This document shows, one piece after another, positions 14,025-20,094 of a stretch of 32,719 nucleotides of DNA. The stretch's first letter is position 1. Each line of letters starts with the position of its first letter. The stretch comes from a virus, in the IMG/VR virus record IMGVR_UViG_3300025127_000007, positions 1 through 32,719 of that record; one strand, given 5' to 3'. The position numbers were made by a program, and so were the translations under genes. The notes below the pieces were generated by a model. That model was given only the letters and a program-made list of their open reading frames with translations, made no database searches and was not told where the DNA came from.

Positions 14025-14149
14025 GCACGCGCTTTCTTTTTACGCTTGCCCTTGCGTAGCTTTGCAAAGTCAGCAGCAGTAATCTTGTCTCGTGGTGCGG
14101 CTACCCTTGCAAGTTTCTTTTGCTTTGGAGAGTATTTTGTACCTGGCAT
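14021..14149 (-). CDS. Polycationic micro-protein (42 aa), not in the ORF track
   Basis: ATG at 14149, TGA at 14023..14021 (ATGA overlap with the endolysin start). MPGTKYSPKQKKLARVAAPRDKITAADFAKLRKGKRKKKARA: 16 of 42 residues are K/R. Confidence 0.55.
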   Translation of the reverse strand: MPGTKYSPKQKKLARVAAPRDKITAADFAKLRKGKRKKKARA

Positions 14150-14280
14150 CACCTTCTCCTTTTGCCGTTTTTCTTAAACAAACTCTCAAGCATCTTTGCT
14201 TGCCCTGCGTGTGCTTTAGATGCACCGCGTAGCTTCTTGGCAACCTTTTTTACCTTTGCCTTTGCACTTTTCTTCATCAT
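14149..14280 (-). CDS. Polycationic micro-protein (43 aa)
   Basis: Track ORF 14149..14376 trimmed to ATG 14280 (ATGA overlap with the upstream stop). MMKKSAKAKVKKVAKKLRGASKAHAGQAKMLESLFKKNGKRRR: 17 of 43 residues are K/R. Confidence 0.5.
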   Translation of the reverse strand: MMKKSAKAKVKKVAKKLRGASKAHAGQAKMLESLFKKNGKRRR

Positions 14281-14510
14281 GTCTTTTTCGCCTTCTTCTT
14301 GCGCAGTAAATCTGCATCTGCCGTGCGTGCGCCACCCTTGCCCGTGGCAAACGAACGAACGCGCCCAGCCGCCCACTGATGCGCAGAAACACGCGGTCTA
14401 CTGCCCTGAGAATAGTAAGCTCCTAACCCTCTGGAATACACTTTACTGAGCGTTGACTTTGATATGCCTGATGACTTGGAGTATTTGGCTATGACTGCTG
14501 CTTTGCTCAT
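14277..14510 (-). CDS. Basic small protein (77 aa), unknown function
   Basis: SRGLGAYYSQGSRPRVSAHQWAAGRVRSFATGKGG resembles a DUF family seen in marine and giant viruses (recollection, unverified); ATGA overlaps at both ends. Confidence 0.65.
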   Translation of the reverse strand: MSKAAVIAKYSKSSGISKSTLSKVYSRGLGAYYSQGSRPRVSAHQWAAGRVRSFATGKGGARTADADLLRKKKAKKT

Positions 14511-14689
14511 CCGCGACTCCTCTGTTTGCTAATCCTATCCATCATAGCTTTGGTGAGCTTACCTTGTTTGTAAAGTTTTTTTGTGCGTTTGATCTCTGCT
14601 TCTCTTGCCGATGGATTTTTAGCACCGCGCACATACTTTCTTGGCACACCGCCCTTTGTCTTTGGCACCTTTGGAAACTTTCTAGCCAT
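14507..14689 (-). CDS. Basic small protein (60 aa), unknown function
   Basis: MARKFPKVPKTKGGVPRKYVRGAKNPSAREAEIKRTKKLYKQGK...: 21 of 60 residues are K/R; TAATG overlap with the upstream gene. Confidence 0.6.
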   Translation of the reverse strand: MARKFPKVPKTKGGVPRKYVRGAKNPSAREAEIKRTKKLYKQGKLTKAMMDRISKQRSRG

Positions 14690-15078
14690 TACTTTTTGCC
14701 TCCAAAAAACTTTGTCGCTGCTCTCGTACCAAAGCTGGCACTGACAATTATGCCAAGAGTGTATCTGTAATAGTCTGGCATAGCGTTCAAAGCAGTAAAC
14801 CCCTCAGATACAATGTTGCGTCCCCACTCTCCACAAAAGGCTAACACAAGAGGCACAGAGAACAAAATCGTAAGCCACTCGTCTTTCCAGCTATGCTTGC
14901 TGCCCTCAGCCATAGTCAGATCCCAATCAATCTCACCCGTGGCCTTCTTTTCCATAATAGTCGCTTCAGCCTTTGCCTTTGCGACTTTCGATGCAGCTTC
15001 AGCTTTCTTTGTTTCAACCTTGCCTTCAAGCCAAGTACCTGCAAGTGAAGATATTGGGCCCAATAAAGCCTGTAACAT
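14689..15078 (-). CDS. Holin-like membrane protein (resembles 3-TM holins of alphaproteobacterial phages and GTAs)
   Basis: 129 aa. Hydrophobic segments LLGPISSLAGTW, WLTILFSVPLVLAF and YTLGIIVSASF, with a Lys/Ala-rich helix between them; lies upstream of the endolysin region. Confidence 0.45.
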   Translation of the reverse strand: MLQALLGPISSLAGTWLEGKVETKKAEAASKVAKAKAEATIMEKKATGEIDWDLTMAEGSKHSWKDEWLTILFSVPLVLAFCGEWGRNIVSEGFTALNAMPDYYRYTLGIIVSASFGTRAATKFFGGKK

Positions 15079-15287
15079 TAGTGCCTCTCCGAGTTTAACC
15101 AGACTGCTAGGCTGCCTGTCATTGCACCAGTCACGACACTTATAAGACTAGCTTGTTGTGTGGTAAGATCAGGCTGTGACAATGCCCATTCTATGCAGCG
15201 GATGTAAACACCTGTCATTACTAAGATACAAAAACGCGGCAGTATCTTTAGCTCAAGCATCTTCCTTGCAACATCTTCTACTGTCAT
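15078..15287 (-). CDS. Small two-TM membrane protein (holin/antiholin candidate)
   Basis: 69 aa; hydrophobic stretches FCILVMTGVYI and LISVVTGAMTGSLAVWL. Confidence 0.5.
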   Translation of the reverse strand: MTVEDVARKMLELKILPRFCILVMTGVYIRCIEWALSQPDLTTQQASLISVVTGAMTGSLAVWLNSERH

Positions 15288-15976
15288 TTCTGGCTCTCCC
15301 TAATCGCTTTCATGGTTTCACGCATTGATGGTGGGCGCGGCGCACCCCTCACAAAATCACACAAAAATTCACGCGGGAACCATTCATCTAGCCGAAAGTT
15401 AATGGTTTCTTGAATATTGTACGCGCCACGGTACACACACCACCTCTGATCTTCAATCTTTTCACAACCTACCAAGCGACAAACAACATGCTCTGGCTCT
15501 GCCCTAGCGGTGTGCGCCTTTAGCAGCATCACAAACGTAACCAATACAGCGCAGCCAATCAGTCCCATTACAATCCAAGCAACAATTTCTACAAACTTAC
15601 GTCTGCGTTGCCTCTGAATATACAGAGTTTCTTGCCGTTGTTTTCTAATCTTGCCCTCCATAGCAATAAGCTCATCCCATTTGGACTTGCCGTACATCAT
15701 GCCTATGAAGTTTTTGAGGTCGGTTCGTTGCTGTTCTGCGTTTCGCTTGGCGGCGAACGTCTCCATAGCCTCTTGCTCAACAGACTTGCCAGCAAACAGT
15801 TTCTTAAATATTGGGGGATTCTTGGCTTCTTTTTCCAACATGTCCAGGTCGCTGAGTGCGCCCATCCATCTGCCAAGATCAGATGCCATGCTTTCTATGT
15901 CACGCCCTATCTGCACACCTTTTTTTACAGCATTAAAAGCAGCAGTGGCAGTAGCCATAACGGTAACGGGGTCCAT
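15284..15976 (-). CDS. Membrane-anchored protein with a Cys-containing C-terminal domain, unknown function
   Basis: 230 aa; central TM FVEIVAWIVMGLIGCAVLVTFVMLL preceded by RQRRRK; the C-terminal 70 aa contain 4 Cys. Confidence 0.6.
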   Translation of the reverse strand: MDPVTVMATATAAFNAVKKGVQIGRDIESMASDLGRWMGALSDLDMLEKEAKNPPIFKKLFAGKSVEQEAMETFAAKRNAEQQRTDLKNFIGMMYGKSKWDELIAMEGKIRKQRQETLYIQRQRRRKFVEIVAWIVMGLIGCAVLVTFVMLLKAHTARAEPEHVVCRLVGCEKIEDQRWCVYRGAYNIQETINFRLDEWFPREFLCDFVRGAPRPPSMRETMKAIRESQK

Positions 15977-16164
15977 TAGTACACCTTTGTCTCCTTAGTT
16001 ACCACGACTGGCAAACAATAGGCCGTGATTGTGTTTCCCTGCTTATGCAGTTGTTGTGCAAAGTACACGCAGTCATCGACAGAGCGAAAATACATATCAT
16101 TACTTTTAAGGCGTTTGTCCTCACCAATGCCCACAAATACAAACAACAAAAAGGCATGAATCAT
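15976..16164 (-). CDS. Small protein with an N-terminal hydrophobic (signal/anchor) segment
   Basis: 62 aa; MIHAFLLFVFVGIG...; overlapping start and stop with both neighbours. Confidence 0.5.
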   Translation of the reverse strand: MIHAFLLFVFVGIGEDKRLKSNDMYFRSVDDCVYFAQQLHKQGNTITAYCLPVVVTKETKVY

Positions 16165-16331
16165 CCATTTACTATTATTCCTAAAAGTAAAATGATAGTC
16201 GTTCCAGCGGTGCCAATCATAATGTGTTCAATGCGTTTGATACGCAGAATGGTTTCCTTCCAGCGTTCTGCACAAACAGCTTCATGGGTGTCTATCTGGG
16301 CCTGTACAGATGCGGCTGTAGGCTTGCTCAT
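16161..16331 (-). CDS. Small C-terminally membrane-anchored protein (56 aa), not in the ORF track
   Basis: ATG 16331 (TAATG overlap), TGA 16163..16161 (ATGA overlap). MSKPTAASVQAQIDTHEAVCAERWKETILRIKRIEHIMIGTAGTTIILLLGIIVNG. Confidence 0.5.
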   Translation of the reverse strand: MSKPTAASVQAQIDTHEAVCAERWKETILRIKRIEHIMIGTAGTTIILLLGIIVNG

Positions 16332-16702
16332 TAGGCGTATGGGCTAGTGCCAAGCACACTTGTATCCCAAGCTGCCTTGAGCTTTGCAATCGTGTCTGCA
16401 CTGCTGATTGCAGAGGCAGCAGGTGCATCTCGCAGTGCCTTTTTCTTAGCTACAGAGGCGGTCTTGGCAGACGCATCGTCAGCCTCAAGTGCCTTCATAT
16501 ACACTACGTCCTCCGCCTCAAGAAGCGGCTTGCGTACTTCACGGATCTTGTCTTGAAAGATTTTTTTAGCGGCGGTCATATCCTCAGAAATAACGTTGCC
16601 AGATAGCGTCCATGCGTTGCGGAAGTGACGATCTGATGGAACGGTAGCGGCTGAGGCATCAATCGAGTTGCCGTCCTTATCTACAATAATAGTTGTTGCC
16701 AT
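16331..16702 (-). CDS. Possible tail-fibre assembly/chaperone-like protein
   Basis: 123 aa. Shares the P..R.FRNAW...ISED motif with the upstream gene; KKIFQDKIREVRKPLLEAEDVVYMKALE resembles fibre-assembly-type helices (weak). Confidence 0.4.
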   Translation of the reverse strand: MATTIIVDKDGNSIDASAATVPSDRHFRNAWTLSGNVISEDMTAAKKIFQDKIREVRKPLLEAEDVVYMKALEADDASAKTASVAKKKALRDAPAASAISSADTIAKLKAAWDTSVLGTSPYA

Positions 16703-16712
16703 GATAATCTCC

Positions 16713-17189
16713 TTATGCGGCTACTTCATCAGTGGCTAGGTCTTCGCTAATCTTCCAAGCATTGCGCCACTCACGAGTTGCTGGAAGCTGTTCCTTACGG
16801 CATATTACCATCTTTGGCTTGTTGCCTTCATTCCAAGTGCGCCACACAGACTGTGGCACATCCTTCATAATCAAATATTCAATAGCTTGTTCTTCTGTCA
16901 TGGCTTCTATAGGCTTAGTGTTGTGCAAGAGGTAGCCACGAGTGTGTTTTGTAAAGCCCTCTTTAGCTTCATCCTTTGCTAACTCCCAGTATACTTCCAC
17001 TGGAGGCAGGATGCCGCCCTGCAAGGCACACGCCATCCAGTTAGGGTCAGGCACAAGTATCTTGGCGCATTCATCTACGCTGTCCTCGTACACCACACGG
17101 TAGTCAGACTGATATGGATCAAGGTTTTCCTTTGCCCAGCACAGCCTATCCCACAGATGCACACCTTGAAACTCTGGTGTATCTGTCAT
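16713..17189 (-). CDS. Hypothetical protein sharing the RNAW motif with 16331..16702
   Basis: 158 aa; C-terminal LPATREWRNAWKISED; ATGA overlap with the upstream fibre-like gene. Confidence 0.55.
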   Translation of the reverse strand: MTDTPEFQGVHLWDRLCWAKENLDPYQSDYRVVYEDSVDECAKILVPDPNWMACALQGGILPPVEVYWELAKDEAKEGFTKHTRGYLLHNTKPIEAMTEEQAIEYLIMKDVPQSVWRTWNEGNKPKMVICRKEQLPATREWRNAWKISEDLATDEVAA

Positions 17190-17560
17190 GCTAGGTCTCC
17201 TGCGATATGAACAAAGTTATGCTCAACATCAACGGCTGCAACTGATGAATTGTAAACGCCTGTCCTGAACGCCGATGTTGTTAACGTGCCAGTATTAGCA
17301 TAACCACTGTATGTGGCATATTGTGTATTGTGCATAATTGTGTAAGTAGCATTGCCCATAGCAGTTGATAAATTGTGATTTGTATCACCCGTTCCATTGT
17401 CTGTTATGCTACTAAAATTAAATGAATCGGTGTTTGCTGTCGTTGTTACACAAGTGTATTTACGCCACGCTTTCAAAGAACCGTTGGACACAACCGACGT
17501 AGCCACGCTGTTGTTCCCGCTGGCATCCTTTAGTGTGTTTACTCTAAGTTCACTAGCCAT
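17186..17560 (-). CDS. Small fibre-like protein, paralogue 3 of 3
   Basis: 124 aa; MASELRVNTL..., SLKAW, DSFNFSSITDNGTGD, ends IAGDLA. Confidence 0.7.
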   Translation of the reverse strand: MASELRVNTLKDASGNNSVATSVVSNGSLKAWRKYTCVTTTANTDSFNFSSITDNGTGDTNHNLSTAMGNATYTIMHNTQYATYSGYANTGTLTTSAFRTGVYNSSVAAVDVEHNFVHIAGDLA

Positions 17561-17967
17561 TATGCAAGTTCCCCATGATTCATTTTATGCACTCTTGCAC
17601 AGTCTTTAACAGCGCAATCACTAGCCAAGCTGCATATAACTTTTCCGCTTGATGCTGCTTGAGCCTGTAGTGTACCTATTCTACAAAAGTTAGAACTGTT
17701 ATTTTCATCAGCAGACATAAACGAAACATATTTATCTGCACTACTAAACGCGTTTGTATAATTTACAGCATACTCACCAGTGCCATTGTCTGTAAGGCTT
17801 GCAGAGTTGATGCTATCTAAAATTGCGTTGCTAGTGCCGTTGAATATGCACCACATTTTTGCAAGACCCTCTTGAAGAACTCCTGTTTCACTACCCTCAA
17901 GAGTGACGTTGATTGCGCCAGCCGTGGTTACTCCTGTGATTGTATCTACTTTTAATTGACTAGCCAT
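17560..17967 (-). CDS. Small fibre-like protein, paralogue 2 of 3
   Basis: 135 aa; MASQLKVDTI..., GLAKMW, DSINSASLTDNGTGEY, ends HGELA. Confidence 0.7.
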   Translation of the reverse strand: MASQLKVDTITGVTTAGAINVTLEGSETGVLQEGLAKMWCIFNGTSNAILDSINSASLTDNGTGEYAVNYTNAFSSADKYVSFMSADENNSSNFCRIGTLQAQAASSGKVICSLASDCAVKDCARVHKMNHGELA

Positions 17968-18392
17968 TATGCAAGGTCTCCTATGACAGCGTAACCAACA
18001 GGGTCACGGTCAGTAGCACTGGTATCAAAAACTTTATAGCGAACCAGTGCGGCTGTGCTGCCAGACCAGTCTGTGCCATTAGTGTTTACTGAATTAATAA
18101 ACTGTCCTTCAATAACGTAATAAGTATCAACAGAGGACATATTGTTAGTTCTAGTTACTGAATAATCTCCGGTGCCGTTATCGGTTATCCCCGCACAATT
18201 GAATGAGTCATCAATAGATGCGCCACTTGCATCACCGTCTATTCTAACCCACCCTTTTAGCAGCCCCTGAACGGTATTCTGCGTAGCACTGCCACCATCT
18301 GACACATAAGTAGATGTATTAGCCATCTTGACATTAGAACCGCCAGAGCCAGCCTTATCTACAATGGTATCTACATTTAGTTGGCTACTCAT
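17967..18392 (-). CDS. Small fibre-like protein, paralogue 1 of 3
   Basis: 141 aa from ATG 18392 (MSSQLNVDTI..., aligned with its paralogues; ATGA overlap upstream); GLLKGW, DSFNCAGITDNGTGDY, ends IGDLA. Confidence 0.7.
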   Translation of the reverse strand: MSSQLNVDTIVDKAGSGGSNVKMANTSTYVSDGGSATQNTVQGLLKGWVRIDGDASGASIDDSFNCAGITDNGTGDYSVTRTNNMSSVDTYYVIEGQFINSVNTNGTDWSGSTAALVRYKVFDTSATDRDPVGYAVIGDLA

Positions 18393-18577
18393 ACGATGCT
18401 CCAATATCCGTTAACAGTGACGGTTGCAGTGGTTTCAACTGTTATTGGTCCAGCAGACATTCCGCTGTTTGTTGCGTCGATAGTAAGGCTTTGCACTACG
18501 CTTTGCTCATTCTGCCTTATGACAGACTCATAACTTGTTTGCCGCCCATCCTTACCTATAAAAGAATCCTTGCTCAT
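18389..18577 (-). CDS. Small virion-associated protein (62 aa)
   Basis: Start moved to ATG 18577 (ggagataacctgATG; TGATG overlap). MSKDSFIGKDGRQTSYESVIRQNEQ...TVNGYWSIV. Confidence 0.5.
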   Translation of the reverse strand: MSKDSFIGKDGRQTSYESVIRQNEQSVVQSLTIDATNSGMSAGPITVETTATVTVNGYWSIV

Positions 18578-18936
18578 CAGGTTATCTCCATAATGCTCAA
18601 AGTTACTGAAACCTTGTCTGCCACAGAGCAATCTATTTGTAACTTATCAGTTGTTTCAAGCACCACCTTGCCACTTATCGGCACTTCCATTGCCGCGCCA
18701 ACTGGGATTGGCATAGACTTAATCAAAAACGTGGTTGTGTTTGTTGCAGCCCTGCCACCACCAGAGGTGTCTGAAACCAACTTCACCGAGGCGGTAACCT
18801 GCGCTGTATGAATGTTTGCCAAAATCAACCCTATGACCACCGTGGTCGTCGAACTTGGCGTGGTGTATAAATCTTCTGGCGTCCCAGAGGATGCTGGCAT
18901 CACGTCATGCGATACTACTTTGAATGTATTTGCCAT
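18577..18936 (-). CDS. Small structural protein next to the tail fibre (119 aa)
   Basis: Beta-rich, Thr/Val-rich sequence directly downstream of the fibre gene; no domain named. Confidence 0.55.
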   Translation of the reverse strand: MANTFKVVSHDVMPASSGTPEDLYTTPSSTTTVVIGLILANIHTAQVTASVKLVSDTSGGGRAATNTTTFLIKSMPIPVGAAMEVPISGKVVLETTDKLQIDCSVADKVSVTLSIMEIT

Positions 18937-18945
18937 TTGTTACCC

Positions 18946-20058
18946 CTATCCTAACGCAATCGCAAGTGCTGTGGCGTCAGCTTGCGCGATTGCTTGTGTG
19001 GTAGCACCAATGTCAGACAACAACTCAGATGCCGATCTGCCCTCTATCTTAGTACCATTTACCCTCAAAAAGTCATCATCCGCAACCCCTGCCGCTGCTT
19101 GCAAGATGTTGTCCTCTGAGATTCCTGTTGTAAGTGATGCCGCTGAACTAGCCGCAGATGTGGCAGAATTAGCCGCCGCTGTCGCTGATGACGCCGCTGC
19201 TGTGGCTGACGATGAAGCATTAGACGCTTGTGTTGAGGCTGTAGAGGCAGAAGATGAGGCATTTGATGCCTGTGTACTTGCCGTTGACGCGCTTGAACTC
19301 GCATTTGACGCCTGAGTCGAGGCAGTAGATGCGCTTGATGCCGCTGCCGTAGCAGATGAAGCCGCTGCTGACGCGCTTGTCGTAGCAGATGCAGCATCTA
19401 CAATCAAATCATACTTAGCACTATTGGCATTGGTTGTTAGCGGCTCTGAGCCAGAGCTTGTGTGTGCCTCGTTGACGATGAAGATATTGTTTGTGCTAGT
19501 ATCCTTAATTAGATCACGCACGTTGTATGCTGTGCTTGCAGCAAAATTACCCGTGAATGTGCCAATCTCTTGCGTTACAGCCAACTCTCCGCTGCTGTCA
19601 AAAGCAAATATCTTGTTGGCGCGGTTTGCTGCCGTGACTGTAAACTCAGTCGATGTCATGGTGTTTGTGCGAGACAGCTTAATCGCTCTATCAAGCTCGT
19701 CCTGCTGGTCTTGTGTCATAAGCGTTAGCTTATCAAGAGCGTCCTCATGTGAGGCGGCAGGGAACGGATCATTTGGAGTGTAGTCTGTGGCCTGTGTCTG
19801 CGCAGTCTGGCGTAGCAGCACCACTGTTTGCGCTGATGATGGCGCACTGCCAAACACCACATTGCCACCACTTGCACTGCCAACACCCGTTACGCTGTAG
19901 TGCGTTGTTTTGCTTTGCACAGACTCTGTGCCAGTCGCTGTAGTGCGCAGGATGACAGTAATATCGTCGTCATCAAATATCTTAAAGGAGTAAGCAAAGG
20001 TGGTAGTTGAGCCATCCCCTGTATAGCTATTCCTTTTGGTTGTGCTGCTAACTGTCAT
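18946..20058 (-). CDS. Tail fibre protein
   Basis: 370 aa. The N-terminal NSYTGDGSTTTFAYSFKIFDDDDITV motif is typical of podovirus fibre and adaptor-binding domains. Long Ala/Ser/Thr heptad-like tract with a 14-aa x3 repeat; aaggagttagac upstream of the ATG. Confidence 0.75.
   Translation of the reverse strand: MTVSSTTKRNSYTGDGSTTTFAYSFKIFDDDDITVILRTTATGTESVQSKTTHYSVTGVGSASGGNVVFGSAPSSAQTVVLLRQTAQTQATDYTPNDPFPAASHEDALDKLTLMTQDQQDELDRAIKLSRTNTMTSTEFTVTAANRANKIFAFDSSGELAVTQEIGTFTGNFAASTAYNVRDLIKDTSTNNIFIVNEAHTSSGSEPLTTNANSAKYDLIVDAASATTSASAAASSATAAASSASTASTQASNASSSASTASTQASNASSSASTASTQASNASSSATAAASSATAAANSATSAASSAASLTTGISEDNILQAAAGVADDDFLRVNGTKIEGRSASELLSDIGATTQAIAQADATALAIALG
19207..19332 (-). 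repeat. Three tandem 42-nt units encoding the identical peptide ASTASTQASNASSS
   Basis: Units at 19332..19291, 19290..19249 and 19248..19207 translate identically but differ at most third codon positions and by Ser AGY/TCN switches. Confidence 0.9.
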
Positions 20059-20094
20059 GTCTAACTCCTTGCACCTTTATACGCGATTTTATCC

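Noticed and set aside
14149-14376. Full-length 75-aa version of this ORF, and likewise the long N-terminal extensions of 9338..9688, 8724..9224, 7634..7915, 6345..6560, 10949..11191 and 4393..5691
   Set aside because: The upstream parts overlap the preceding genes extensively. Internal ATGs sit exactly at ATGA, TGATG or TAATG coupling junctions or behind an RBS, so the shorter forms were annotated instead.
18812-19315. 167-aa + strand ORF, together with the 110-aa alternative-frame ORF 19065..19397 on the - strand
   Set aside because: Both lie entirely inside the tail fibre gene, within its Ala/Ser/Thr repeat tract. That low-complexity tract keeps other frames open. There is no RBS and the composition is implausible (poly-Ala/Asp or Arg/Gln/His-rich).
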